From a virus: 64,000 bases of DNA. Below, piece after piece: positions 26,494 through 36,943 of the stretch (its first letter is position 1; each line of letters opens with the position of its first letter). The position numbers and the translations under genes are program-made. Location of the stretch: positions 52,156 to 116,155 of the IMG/VR virus record IMGVR_UViG_3300027763_000034; one strand, 5' to 3'. Under the pieces are notes generated by a model. The model saw only the letters and a program-made list of their open reading frames with translations, was not told where the DNA came from and did not search any database.

Positions 26494-27022
26494 AAAATAA
26501 AATTATATTTGCTCTTTCTCCATCAATGACTTCATTAACTGAGTGAGGGTAATCCCTATCACCTTTAAAGAATATCAATGTGCCAGCCTGTGGCTTGTAT
26601 GCAGTGCTGTCTGCCTTATCCCCAGAGTTGTTTTCATAAAAATGAATCTCTCCGCCTTCATAATTATCAGTTAAATATAGTAGGGCAGAGTAATAGTTAT
26701 CTTCGTATCCATCAACACCGCCGTATCCATCTGCATGCCAACCAAGACCTTCACCTTTTTGTAAAACTTGATAGTTCATTCTATCTAAAAAGATCTCTGA
26801 TTTTTTAAAACCAAACTGAGCAGATGTGGAGCTTTCTATCATATTAATTAAATCGTGTACAACATGGTCTTCGATGTTACCATCTTTTGATATGTCTAAT
26901 GGCTTAAGGTAAACATTCAAAAGGCCTCTTGGATTTAAATATGACCTAGGCCTTAAGTAATCATTTAAGTATTTAGCTGTCTTGGGTGATATGAAACCTT
27001 TAACTACGTTTGGCTGTGCCAT
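26474..27022 (-). CDS. 2OG-Fe(II) oxygenase
   Basis: HAD, SALLYL...YEGGEI, HSVNEV..GER. Confidence 0.88.
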   Translation of the reverse strand: MAQPNVVKGFISPKTAKYLNDYLRPRSYLNPRGLLNVYLKPLDISKDGNIEDHVVHDLINMIESSTSAQFGFKKSEIFLDRMNYQVLQKGEGLGWHADGYGGVDGYEDNYYSALLYLTDNYEGGEIHFYENNSGDKADSTAYKPQAGTLIFFKGDRDYPHSVNEVIDGERANIILFYGVKVE

Positions 27023-27024
27023 GT

Positions 27025-27624
27025 CTATACCAACTCTATGTCTTTGTCTGCTCTATACATTGGCATACTTACCTCTATCTTGCGTCCGCCTCTTTTTATT
27101 CCATTGACGCTAGTAAATGTATCTGATTCAAATATTATCATGCTGCCAGCTTTTGGCTTTATGCTTACACCAAGATCAGTAAAATTAAATGCTCCGCCCT
27201 CAAAGTCATCGCTCATAAACAAATAGGCGCTTATGTCTGGGACAATTAGAAGACTACCCTCATTGTTTATGCTTTGCTGATGTATTCCAATTCTTTCTTC
27301 GTTCCATTCAATAACTGCATAGTAATCATTTGCTGGCTTATAGTCTGCAATAGATCTACCAGTCATATCTAGATATCTTGATATACCTTCTGTCATTATT
27401 TCACGAATTGATTTGAAATGTGCTGCATGTGATGATCTAAAGCTGTGGACGGTGTACCTTGTTCCAAATCTAATCTGGCTAGATTCAAATTTAGTTATCT
27501 TATCAAGCATTTCATCAAGGATTTCTTTAGATGAGCAGTTCTCGATGTATACTCCAACATCACCAATCTTTTCTATTGGATCAAATGTTTTCAACTGGGG
27601 TTGGTTCTTTTGGTGTGTCTGCAA
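27025..27624 (-). CDS. 2OG-Fe(II) oxygenase-like protein, metal ligands degenerate
   Basis: DDFEGGA..F..IKPKAGS present, but HxD is HQQ and the distal His is missing. Confidence 0.65.
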   Translation of the reverse strand: MQTHQKNQPQLKTFDPIEKIGDVGVYIENCSSKEILDEMLDKITKFESSQIRFGTRYTVHSFRSSHAAHFKSIREIMTEGISRYLDMTGRSIADYKPANDYYAVIEWNEERIGIHQQSINNEGSLLIVPDISAYLFMSDDFEGGAFNFTDLGVSIKPKAGSMIIFESDTFTSVNGIKRGGRKIEVSMPMYRADKDIELV

Positions 27625-28090
27625 TATTATTTAATAGCGCATGCTTAATTAAAGCTTCCATCTCCATGGGATCGGTGTCTGGCGATGTCTCGTGTATCTT
27701 TCCGTCAAGATCAATTATATACTTTGTAAAGTTCCAAGGTGCTTCATGACCAACTGCATTTGCAATATACTTATGAATTGGATTAGCTTCCTCACCCAGC
27801 ACAGCTGATTTTGAAGCAAATTCAAATGTAACACCGTAATTTGTTGAACAGAACTCTGCTATCTCTGTGTCTGTTCCTGGCTCTTGGCCTCCAAATTGAT
27901 TACAAGGGAATGCAATTACTTTAAGCCCCGCTTCTGAATACCTATCGTGAAGAGTTTGAAGTGCTTTGTATTGCGGCGTGAAACCACAGTTTGTTGCAAC
28001 GTTTACAATTAAAAAAACTTTATCTTTAAAGTGTGATAAAGGAATATCTTCTCCTGTTGAAATTTTAAATGTTTGGTCATATATTGACAT
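27581..28090 (-). CDS. gpx: Glutathione peroxidase-family peroxidase (Cys type)
   Basis: VNVATNCGFT, FPCNQFGGQEPG, WNFTKY. Confidence 0.93.
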   Translation of the reverse strand: MSIYDQTFKISTGEDIPLSHFKDKVFLIVNVATNCGFTPQYKALQTLHDRYSEAGLKVIAFPCNQFGGQEPGTDTEIAEFCSTNYGVTFEFASKSAVLGEEANPIHKYIANAVGHEAPWNFTKYIIDLDGKIHETSPDTDPMEMEALIKHALLNNIADTPKEPTPVENI

Positions 28091-28091
28091 A

Positions 28092-28754
28092 TTATTGTTC
28101 TCCTTTTTGTAGAGATAAATCTACGTTATGATTCTTGCCTTCATACTGAGGTACTTCCTCACGTGTGAAAAACTCTTGTTCTTTTGTAATGTTCTTGTAA
28201 TCTATTGAGAATGTTTTGTAAAAAACACTATTTTTAACTAAGAATACACTTCCCAGCCCTCTTTCGCCACTAGTAACATCGTTTACTGCATGTCTTACTT
28301 TATTTCCAAATATAACAATACTACCAGCCTCTGGCTTTAAAGATATGTCATAGTCTGGGAATACTATCTCTCCGCCACCAAAGTCTTCTGGGTCTGAGAA
28401 GTAGGTTAGTATGGTTGCAAATACCTCTTCGTATGTTCCATCTCCAATTGCAGCAAAATCTGTATGTGCTGTGTATCCACCGCCTGGACCTCTTTTATAA
28501 AAATGGGTGTTTCTCAAAAGTTTATAATTTTCAGAATTAAAGTCTTGATTGTTGTGATACCATATGTCTAAACATTTAAAGATAGCGTTATCAGAATCTT
28601 CAAGGTATTTTTTAGTACTGATGATTGAAGTTTCCATAAAGTCTTGATTTAAGACTGGTTCCCAGTCTGTTAGCGAGCTAAATATAGCCTTGTGATCCTC
28701 TACGGCATTTTTAAAATACCACACTTTATCTGCAAGCTTTATTGCTTCTATCAT
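28092..28754 (-). CDS. 2OG-Fe(II) oxygenase
   Basis: HTD, DFGGGEI.FP, HAVNDV.SGER. Confidence 0.85.
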   Translation of the reverse strand: MIEAIKLADKVWYFKNAVEDHKAIFSSLTDWEPVLNQDFMETSIISTKKYLEDSDNAIFKCLDIWYHNNQDFNSENYKLLRNTHFYKRGPGGGYTAHTDFAAIGDGTYEEVFATILTYFSDPEDFGGGEIVFPDYDISLKPEAGSIVIFGNKVRHAVNDVTSGERGLGSVFLVKNSVFYKTFSIDYKNITKEQEFFTREEVPQYEGKNHNVDLSLQKGEQ

Positions 28755-28820
28755 TAATTTATCTCCAATATCTATTGTTGGGTGGATTATTGTCCTATAG
28801 GTATATTATACTATATTGGC

Positions 28821-29402
28821 TTACTGTGGGTCGTAATGAGAAAGTGGGTGCCTGTAAGCATATGTTTGGGTCATATATCTATTCCCGCTGACTACTGGAA
28901 GAACGCCGTGTACAAATGAACTTGGAAATATTAAAACTGAGTTGGCTTTAGGCTTAATGATTAGCCCTGAATCTTCATATGGAAACTCAATATGACCGCC
29001 TTCAAAATCATCATTTATGTAATAAATTATTGTAATTTTTGGACGAACCTCTTCACCATTTTCCTTCACATAGCTATAAGCATCTTCATGTGCAGTCATA
29101 AAGGAGCCAGGCTGATATTCTCTAACTAGCCATCGGCCAGAGCCAAGCCTATCTGGTGTCATCCACGTAAACATTTCTTCAGAATATTTTGCCAAGCACT
29201 CAGCAAATATATTTAATATATCTTCATAATGGTCTTCTGTTTTGTTGATCCAAGTAGATCTTCCAATTAATGTGCTTCCGCCACCATCATTGTTATAGGT
29301 TTTCCAGTCTTTAAGCAGTATGTTATCAAGCAACTCTTGGTTTTTATCAAAAACGTTTTCAAATACCCAAACGGCATCAGACTTTTTTACTAAATCAAAC
29401 AT
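28821..29402 (-). CDS. 2OG-Fe(II) oxygenase
   Basis: HED, YINDDFEGG, FPS...HGV.PV.SG.RY. Confidence 0.9.
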   Translation of the reverse strand: MFDLVKKSDAVWVFENVFDKNQELLDNILLKDWKTYNNDGGGSTLIGRSTWINKTEDHYEDILNIFAECLAKYSEEMFTWMTPDRLGSGRWLVREYQPGSFMTAHEDAYSYVKENGEEVRPKITIIYYINDDFEGGHIEFPYEDSGLIIKPKANSVLIFPSSFVHGVLPVVSGNRYMTQTYAYRHPLSHYDPQ

Positions 29403-29716
29403 TGTTTTTTTGATCCGATCCGACTAATTTAATCATCTTTGTACATCTTGTACAGATATTATACTCTGCTTTGGTAAAGGGACAAAGCCCAGCATAAATA
29501 GTTTTATGCTTTAAAATAAGACAAAGTATTTTTTTCATAAGTTAAATATACTATAACTTAAATTTATTGTCAATAGGCTATGAGCTGTAGTAGTTAACCA
29601 TATGCTTTTTGCATACTGATATAAAAATTGCACCTAATTGATCCCAGTAGGCACCATTTTCTTCACAATAATAACATTTATCTTTCTTTTCCATAGTGTC
29701 ACCTACCTTTATAACA

Positions 29717-29950
29717 TTATACATCATTTTCGCCTTTATTGTATTTATCTTTAAGTCTAAGCCATCTACCATATTTATTTGGCACCGTTGCACCTATGTA
29801 CTCTTGACCAGTCTCTAAATCTATTAACAACCATTTTCCAGGAGCCTTCGTGTGTATCGTCAGGTTAACTGCGCTTGAAAACTCTTCTACTTCTGCACCT
29901 TGATATACCCTAGGCAAAAATGTGTAAACATTATTTAAAAGCTTTCTCAT
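29717..29950 (-). CDS. Hypothetical protein
   Basis: TKAPGKW.L.D.ETGQ.Y.G. Confidence 0.6.
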   Translation of the reverse strand: MRKLLNNVYTFLPRVYQGAEVEEFSSAVNLTIHTKAPGKWLLIDLETGQEYIGATVPNKYGRWLRLKDKYNKGENDV

Positions 29951-30039
29951 TAAATAATACCACTATCTTCAACAGCATCAACAGCATCATCAATAGTTCT
30001 TGTATGCTCTGAAGTACAGCTACCACATGACATACACAT

Positions 30040-30438
30040 TTATTTTACACTATCTATCTTTAAATATTTTGCAGCCATTTTGGCAGACAAATTAAAATCA
30101 TCATTTTTATTATATACTAAATCTAAAATTGAGGGCATAGTAAATTCTGGATCATATTCATGATGGGAGACCTCTTGATCGCCAATCATAATCACTTTAT
30201 CATAATTACCAAAGTATTTACTAACTGATTCGTTGGGGCTGTACAGGTCAACTATAATGTGTTTATTATATTTAGACATGTAGGAAACAAGATCTTTTGC
30301 TAGCTGGTGTTGCTTTATAGCATCATCTTCACCAAAGATTGACTCTATTTTTAGATAGATACCATTTACTTCTTTTGCTAAAGCTTTTGCAAACTCGGTT
30401 CTTCTTGCCTCTTTAAATCCAATGACTTTGATTATCAT
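30040..30438 (-). CDS. Degenerate P-loop kinase-like protein (resembles the N-terminal domain of 43864-44625)
   Basis: MII.VIG....RTE.AKALA..VN.I.L aligns with MIIQIIGLPGSGKTELAKALKERINAIHL; Walker A lost. Confidence 0.5.
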   Translation of the reverse strand: MIIKVIGFKEARRTEFAKALAKEVNGIYLKIESIFGEDDAIKQHQLAKDLVSYMSKYNKHIIVDLYSPNESVSKYFGNYDKVIMIGDQEVSHHEYDPEFTMPSILDLVYNKNDDFNLSAKMAAKYLKIDSVK

Positions 30439-30444
30439 TTAAAT

Positions 30445-30648
30445 CTAAACCTTTTTTCTGCCACTTTTCTTAGGCTGCCTAGGTATTAGGCTGGTCTCTC
30501 TGCGTATCCCATGTTTATTTGTATCAATCTTAACGCCCTGCCTTGGATATTTTTTTGGAGTCGTCGTGCTTGTAACAGCACCAGCAGGCGCACCAGCGTT
30601 AGCTGGTGGCACCGTGCCAGTACCATCTTCTTTTTTAAAATTGCTCAT
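30445..30648 (-). CDS. Small basic hypothetical protein
   Basis: Last of a run of coupled micro-ORFs (starts 31143, 30991, 30821, 30648). Confidence 0.55.
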   Translation of the reverse strand: MSNFKKEDGTGTVPPANAGAPAGAVTSTTTPKKYPRQGVKIDTNKHGIRRETSLIPRQPKKSGRKKV

Positions 30649-31476
30649 AATTACATATTTACAATCAAATTGTCTGATTCATCTGCACCAGAAATGGGAA
30701 GAGATCCAGAAGATCCTTCTTGGTTTAATCCAGAATTTCCTTGTGATGAAAAATCTTTAATGTTAACTGAGGTTGCACCCAGAGTGCTTCCTAGTGTCTC
30801 ACATCCACATTCATAACACATTAGTTGCAGTTCTCACAATCTTTAACTACACAATCAGCATCGCCTCTTGTGTCTCTTGTGCATTCTGCTCCACGATTAA
30901 CTGGTGCAACAACCGCAACTGGTTTAATTGCTTCTGCTACTGCTGCTTCAATTGAAGGGGCAGTTATTTCTTCTTTATCAAATAGACCCATTTTTACTTT
31001 GGGCCTTGTGCTGATGCTTGGTTAGAAACATCTGAAGCTGGAAATGCGGCTGCTGGTGCCTCTGTGTAATTTTCTGTTGCCCATGGTGATGATCCTGCTG
31101 GCTTTGTTTCGTTAAATCCTTTTAAATCTTTTCCGTCTGACATGTTGTACTCCTATAGGTTATTTATTTAAGCGGGACTAGTAATCCGCTCATACCTATA
31201 TTATAGCATTTAGTTGATTAGGATCTAAAGTTTTGATGCCAGCACTCGTCGCAGACCTTTGTGGTTCCGCCTGCTTTAAGGGCTATTCTAGTTGCCTTAT
31301 TGGGGCAATCTGTTAAATATTCGCATTTATTGGTAGACATTATTTAATATTTTTTTTAACAATACCTTGCTTGTATGGGCCCAGATCGGCTTTAATCGAC
31401 CCATCTTTTCTTAATCTAACAATTCTTCCATCTTTAATTTGAGTGTCATTAAATGCTGTTGATTTTCTTTTTGCCA

Positions 31477-31695
31477 TTACTTAATCTTACCGCCAAACTT
31501 TGACCACGCTCTTTCATGTAAGAAATACCCAAGCATTTCGCATGCGCTGTAAATAATTGCAAAAGTACCAGCATACTCCCAATGAGCTTCGCCAGTAATA
31601 GCCTTTTCAAAAAAATAGACTAATGTACCAACAAAACAAATGTGAACAACTGGCCAAGTAATTGACTTGTATAAACTTCTTTTATTGGACTCCAT
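31477..31695 (-). CDS. DUF2061 membrane protein
   Basis: KRSL.KSITW...Y.LHERAW. Confidence 0.8.
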   Translation of the reverse strand: MESNKRSLYKSITWPVVHICFVGTLVYFFEKAITGEAHWEYAGTFAIIYSACEMLGYFLHERAWSKFGGKIK

Positions 31696-32470
31696 TTTGT
31701 TCCTCCATCATTTCTCTAATTGTATCATGGATACGATTTATGTTGTTATCCATAGGGTGCCCATGAATTAAAATATCTGTAACTCCTATGCCTTCTAAAT
31801 ACCTAATCTTTGACTTAAAATTTTCTTTTGTACCATATATATATTTAGATATTTCATGTATATTAAGGTTATTAGTATGAAATTCTTCAGCCTCCTCCTC
31901 GGTATTTGTTATTATGGCTCCAAGACAAACCATCTGCTTACCATCAGTATACTCTCTAGCAGCTAGGTACTTGTCTACCATTGCCAATGGGGTTGCTTGA
32001 TATTTATTTGCAAGATCTATTGTTTTTTTTGAATGACCGCCCATTACAATATCAACTGCTGGATTCATTTTAACAAATTTTGACATCCATCTATCTGTAT
32101 ATTCAATTCTTTTATCGTTAGAATCTACTAAATCAGATATGTCTACAAGATCTTCTATGCTAGTCTCTTCTGGATGAACGTCGCCAGAAACGATATTCAG
32201 CATTATTTTGTTTGGCATCATGGTATTTATAGTTTTGCATATCATAGACAAATACTCTGGGCTTATAGAGTATGTTCTAAATGCAAGCATATACTTAATC
32301 TTTTGTTTTTTGGACATAACACGAACTGCTTTTGTTAAAAAGTCTTCTTCTTTTGAATGGTATACAAACAAAACTGAATCGTATTGGCACTCTTCTAGTT
32401 TTTCTGACAATCTGAACAGGTAGTCCACAGAGTTATTGTCATTTCTATGCATCCAATGGAATTTCATCAA
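31682..32470 (-). CDS. Luciferase-like (LLM) flavin monooxygenase, SsuD-related
   Basis: YDSVL, IKYM.A.R....P.Y, LNIVSG, GG.S. Confidence 0.7.
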   Translation of the reverse strand: MMKFHWMHRNDNNSVDYLFRLSEKLEECQYDSVLFVYHSKEEDFLTKAVRVMSKKQKIKYMLAFRTYSISPEYLSMICKTINTMMPNKIMLNIVSGDVHPEETSIEDLVDISDLVDSNDKRIEYTDRWMSKFVKMNPAVDIVMGGHSKKTIDLANKYQATPLAMVDKYLAAREYTDGKQMVCLGAIITNTEEEAEEFHTNNLNIHEISKYIYGTKENFKSKIRYLEGIGVTDILIHGHPMDNNINRIHDTIREMMEEQNGVQ

Positions 32471-32508
32471 TATCCTTTATTTAAAAACAATTCTATCATT
32501 TATATGGT

Positions 32509-32538
32509 AAAGGGGCAAGACCTGAGTCTTGCCCCTTT
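32509..32538 (-). terminator. Intrinsic terminator (possibly bidirectional)
   Basis: AAAGGGGCAAGAC-CTGA-GTCTTGCCCCTTT. Confidence 0.85.
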
Positions 32539-32548
32539 AATAGAAGAT

Positions 32549-33565
32549 TTACTTCTTTAGTGCAACCTTAGCCTTTGGATTCTTTGCGTTCCACTTCTTA
32601 GCAAGAGCATTATACTCTGCAATATAAGTGGCCTTAGCAAGATCTGCTGCTGCCTTATCTGTAGCAAGCTTTGTTGCTGCATCGGCAAGTGCCTTATCTG
32701 CTGCAACCTTGTCTGCTGCACGTCCAGCTTTTTCTGCTGCAAGTGCTGCATTAGCAACTGCTAGTTCTGAGTTCTTTGCTGCAAGTTCCCCTGCAAGATC
32801 ACGAACTGCTACTGTTGCAACTACAGAACCTACTGGTGCTGCAAGGCCTGTTACGGCTGTTGCTACTGTTGCGTATGCTGTAACTACAACTGAACCTGAA
32901 GCAGGAAGTGTAACTGTCTGCTCCTTAGTTCCAAGTGTTGCTACTGCTGTATCTGTTGTAAGCGCTGTTGCAGTTGCTGCACCATTTGAGCTTACTAAAG
33001 TATTAATTGTTGCTCCACCCTTTAAGTTTCCAAATACATCGTATCCTGATACCTTAAGTGTTGCAATTGTTCCTGCTGCTCCAGATGCTGGTGCGGTTAG
33101 GGTAATTGAGTTCAAAGCACCTGCGGTACCTTGTACGTAGTATGTAGTTGTGTTTCCACCAACAGTAACTAATACTGTTCCTACTGTAGTAGTTTTAGTA
33201 TATACATAAAACTCTGCTGTTGTTCCTGTTCCAACATTAATTGTTAGAGCAGATGATCCGCTTGATGCGGTTACTGGTGCACTTGCTGTTGCTAGTGCTG
33301 GAACAATAGTTGCATTTGTTGCAACTGCTGATACTGCTGTTCCTGTATCTACAGAAGTAATAGCAATCTTTAATGCATCTGCTGCATCTACGCTATTGTC
33401 TGCTGGTACTGGAAGTGCTACAGGAGCTGTTGCTACTGTGCCACCCGTTGCTGCAGAACCCGCAACTGTTAGAGTTGTGGTTGCCGCATTTGCTGCTGGC
33501 GATACTAGCATTGTGCTAGTCAGGGCTGCAGCGATGATTAGCGATACTTTCTTAAATGAGTTCAT
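32549..33565 (-). CDS. Secreted Ala/Thr-rich Ig-like surface (S-layer-like) protein
   Basis: Signal peptide ending AANA, D.FGN Ig-like motif, C-terminal coiled coil; strong RBS and terminator. Confidence 0.65.
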   Translation of the reverse strand: MNSFKKVSLIIAAALTSTMLVSPAANAATTTLTVAGSAATGGTVATAPVALPVPADNSVDAADALKIAITSVDTGTAVSAVATNATIVPALATASAPVTASSGSSALTINVGTGTTAEFYVYTKTTTVGTVLVTVGGNTTTYYVQGTAGALNSITLTAPASGAAGTIATLKVSGYDVFGNLKGGATINTLVSSNGAATATALTTDTAVATLGTKEQTVTLPASGSVVVTAYATVATAVTGLAAPVGSVVATVAVRDLAGELAAKNSELAVANAALAAEKAGRAADKVAADKALADAATKLATDKAAADLAKATYIAEYNALAKKWNAKNPKAKVALKK

Positions 33566-33803
33566 TTAATTTATTCTCCTTATTTCTTCTATTTCTTATA
33601 TGAAACAGAAAGTTAGTGTAATTCATGTATCTTTACATGAAACGAACAGGGATCTCCGCCCTCTTCCCATTCTTGCATTTCTTCATCTGACATTGGTGGA
33701 CCATCATGTGTATCACAAAATACATCTGATACCCACCCACGATCATAACCATTCTTAAGCCATATTTCAAACTCTAAATGATTATTATCTTTTGAATCAA
33801 ATT

Positions 33804-34106
33804 CTATATCCATTCGGAAATCTCTTCTAGAATTAAGTGCTTAGGCTTTGCCCCAATAATAGTTTTAACTGGTCTGCCTGACTTAAATAGTACCATATAA
33901 GGTATAGAGGTTACAGAGTATTCTACTGGTTTAATGGGATTTTCATCAATATTAATTTTACCAACCCACAGCCCACGTTCATTTGATATCTCATCTAATA
34001 TTGGAGATACCTTTTTGCATGGTCCGCACCAAGGTGCCCAAAAGTCGATAAGAACTAAATCATGAGAATCTAGGACTCTATCAAAACTTTCATCTGTAAC
34101 TATCAA
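33804..34106 (-). CDS. trxA: Thioredoxin
   Basis: DFWAPWCGPCK, SIP, GA.PK. Confidence 0.95.
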   Translation of the reverse strand: MIVTDESFDRVLDSHDLVLIDFWAPWCGPCKKVSPILDEISNERGLWVGKINIDENPIKPVEYSVTSIPYMVLFKSGRPVKTIIGAKPKHLILEEISEWI

Positions 34107-34309
34107 CTTACTCTCCTTTTAATTCATCCGCCGCTTTATTAAATTTATTCATAAATGTTTGGATCACCCAAACTGCGGTTTCCCCTGCATTGACAGACAT
34201 TGCTTTTGAAGCTTCTTCAGTTCTGTCCTCGATAGCAAGGGCGTTGTACCATTTCTGGTACAACTCCTCACCAATCTCTTTAATAATTTCTTCAAGTACA
34301 GTTAACTTG

Positions 34310-35449
34310 TTATCCATTAAGTCTTGCTAACTGTGTTGCTTTTAATGCTGCAAGCTTATCCGCTGCTGCCTTTATGGCAAGATCGTAATCTGCTTGTGCC
34401 TTTGCAATTTGTGCATTAACATCTGCCTGCAATGCTAATTTTGCTGCTGCTTTATCTGCAGCAATTTGCTCAGGTGTTGGGCCTGTTGGTGCTGTTGTAG
34501 CAACAGGAACCATATTATATGCAATTGCTGCATCAATATTAATTAATTTTTTGAATGTTCCTTGTCTTCCAATTGTAGAAGATGTTGTCGAACGCAAAGC
34601 CATAAGCAATTGATTGTATGTATAAGAAGGCTTTGCTGCCTTTAGCTTAATCCATTGTGCTCCTGCAACTTGAATTGCAGCAGATGATCCCGAAATATTT
34701 TTTGAAACATTTCCTGGACCAGCAATTGTAAAGAATCCTGGCGCAAAGAAATCAAGTTTTTGGGTATCGTTATTGCTTGATGTTGAAATTTCGTTCTGTT
34801 GGTCAACATAACCAACTGAAATTGACTCATCTAAACATGCTGGCCAGTCAATTCTTAGGTAGTCACGGCCATTTCCTGAAGGAAAGAATGTCGGAATACC
34901 AATATCAATAAGGTCTTTAATAGACTGCTGCGTTGTTGGTGTCTTTGGACAATAATCTGTTCCCGCTGCTCCTAAATTATGCATGCCTTGCGACATAGTT
35001 ACTGCTTGAATATTATATTTTGATGCATTATTTTTTACCCAATTAAGTGCATTATAAACAGACCCTTCACCAGCATTTTGACGTAAGCCAGTTGATGTAT
35101 TTCCAATAATTTTAATAAATACAATATTTACATTTGGGTTAGTTGCTAAAAATACGGAAGTCATGAATGTGCCATGATCAAAACCACTTTGCGTAATAAG
35201 GTTTGCTGGCATTGATGCTGCACCCTTGCCCTCCATAAATGACTGACCATTAGGGCATGTTGTCCATTCTAGAATACAAACTTCTTGAACAATTTTACCT
35301 TGAAAGGCTGGAAGAGAAGTGTCAATTGCTGTATCTAAAATAGCAATTGCTGGTGTTGAATCAATACGATTCTGTAGTCCCGCTGCATGAGCGGTTGTAG
35401 GTACTGCTAGTGTGATTGCGATTAACGCAGCTATTAGTTTTTTATTCAT
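34310..35449 (-). CDS. Secreted subtilisin-like S8 peptidase
   Basis: Signal peptide; IAILDTAID, HGT, SGN, SGSS.A. Confidence 0.8.
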   Translation of the reverse strand: MNKKLIAALIAITLAVPTTAHAAGLQNRIDSTPAIAILDTAIDTSLPAFQGKIVQEVCILEWTTCPNGQSFMEGKGAASMPANLITQSGFDHGTFMTSVFLATNPNVNIVFIKIIGNTSTGLRQNAGEGSVYNALNWVKNNASKYNIQAVTMSQGMHNLGAAGTDYCPKTPTTQQSIKDLIDIGIPTFFPSGNGRDYLRIDWPACLDESISVGYVDQQNEISTSSNNDTQKLDFFAPGFFTIAGPGNVSKNISGSSAAIQVAGAQWIKLKAAKPSYTYNQLLMALRSTTSSTIGRQGTFKKLINIDAAIAYNMVPVATTAPTGPTPEQIAADKAAAKLALQADVNAQIAKAQADYDLAIKAAADKLAALKATQLARLNG

Positions 35450-35673
35450 AGCTTAATTCTACTAAATAATAGCAGGATGTCAAGGGGTATCTTTAAGGTT
35501 TGGGTACCATTTCCCAGCGTCTAGGCTGGATTGAAGAAAATCTACCGCTACTGGTTCTTCTATAACCATCTTTTGCGATTCCATTAGGTCATTTACATAA
35601 CCTATAAGTAGTTCAAGGGTCATTTCCATTTGAGTTACTTTAAGATCAAGATCTTTAAGCTTTTTGTTTCTAA

Positions 35674-36030
35674 TCATTCCATTGTCTCTCTATCCAGTAG
35701 GGTTGGTGCTGTTGCCATACTTCCGCAGTTGGCACATTCCATATCAAGAAAATATGTTGCTATTTCAAATTGATCGAAGATAACTTTTACGTTCCAGATG
35801 TTGCATCCACAAGGACATAAGTGTGTCGGAGTTCCTCTTAAGTCTATTGCATGATCATAATTTTCTGGTCTTAGATCATCTATGCTTAAAGGGTATTGTC
35901 TTTTTTGTGATTGTTCTTCAAGTTCTTCTAACTTGTTTATGTAGTAAATTCCAAGACTATACCTAGACCTAAACCATTTCACGAAAGAAATAATGGAAAA
36001 AGCTATAAGGATAGATACAATAGTCTTCAT
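35674..36030 (-). CDS. Membrane-anchored Zn-finger protein
   Basis: DLRG.PTH.CPCG...CANCG. Confidence 0.65.
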   Translation of the reverse strand: MKTIVSILIAFSIISFVKWFRSRYSLGIYYINKLEELEEQSQKRQYPLSIDDLRPENYDHAIDLRGTPTHLCPCGCNIWNVKVIFDQFEIATYFLDMECANCGSMATAPTLLDRETME

Positions 36031-36044
36031 GTATCAATTATACA

Positions 36045-36602
36045 CTAAACTTGGATGTATGTATAGGGTGCCGCTACGCTCATATTAAACTCTGTTGCGG
36101 CTTCTAAAGCTGCTTTTAAACGTACTTTAGGGTTTTGCTGCTTCTTTGTTGCATGTAAGGCTCCTAGGGCTATCATTCCACCACTGCCCTCCGCCATATA
36201 GTTAACTATGTTTTCACCAACGTGAAAGTCTTCATCTACCGTAAAGAGTCTACCGCAAATTCCAACTATAAAAATTCCACCTGTATCTTCTTCTGAAGCA
36301 GATCCAACACTTCCATATCCATGATCTTTGAATGCTTGTTTAACAGAATCAATAAACTTAGTTCTCATGAACTTGTCTAAGCCTGAGTTAGTTTTAGTTG
36401 GAGTGTATTTTGGAGGAGTCCACATGTATTGAAGGATCTGCCCCATGCGAAATGAGTCTGTAAATGCAATTCCGTATTGACCATTTTTAAAAACTTTTGG
36501 TTCTTTTCTAGACAGTATCCAGCCCGTTTTATCATCTGAAGCGGCATGGTCCGATCCCATATATACGATACCATTTTGGGCGATTGCTACTATACAAGTC
36601 AT
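36045..36602 (-). CDS. HslV/proteasome-beta-like Ntn hydrolase
   Basis: N-terminal (M)TCIV, GSD, K.F, A.GSG...ALGAL. Confidence 0.8.
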   Translation of the reverse strand: MTCIVAIAQNGIVYMGSDHAASDDKTGWILSRKEPKVFKNGQYGIAFTDSFRMGQILQYMWTPPKYTPTKTNSGLDKFMRTKFIDSVKQAFKDHGYGSVGSASEEDTGGIFIVGICGRLFTVDEDFHVGENIVNYMAEGSGGMIALGALHATKKQQNPKVRLKAALEAATEFNMSVAAPYTYIQV

Positions 36603-36634
36603 ATTATTAGTATACTATTTTTATTTTTGTAGGG

Positions 36635-36943
36635 CTAGTCCTCATCGGAATGAATTTCTATATGAGTTAATTTAAGCAAAGTTCCCTCTAATTCAGCCTT
36701 GACCCGAATCAATTCCTGAAGGGCTTCATAGTACTTATCTTTCCATTCATTTAAATCTTTTTCTAATTGGTACAATTTAATCTGAAGGTCCTTGATTTCT
36801 AATAAAAGCTTATCGTGGGCTTTTTCTGCCAGACGCTCTATTTTTTCCTTTTTAGATCTTCTGGCGCTAAATTGCGCTGTAAGCAGACCGCTGATAGCTG
36901 CTGCAAAGAGAGTTATTATTATCTCAGTTAGGGGAATATTCAT
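36635..36943 (-). CDS. Membrane-anchored coiled-coil protein
   Basis: N-terminal TM segment plus heptad repeats. Confidence 0.6.
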   Translation of the reverse strand: MNIPLTEIIITLFAAAISGLLTAQFSARRSKKEKIERLAEKAHDKLLLEIKDLQIKLYQLEKDLNEWKDKYYEALQELIRVKAELEGTLLKLTHIEIHSDED

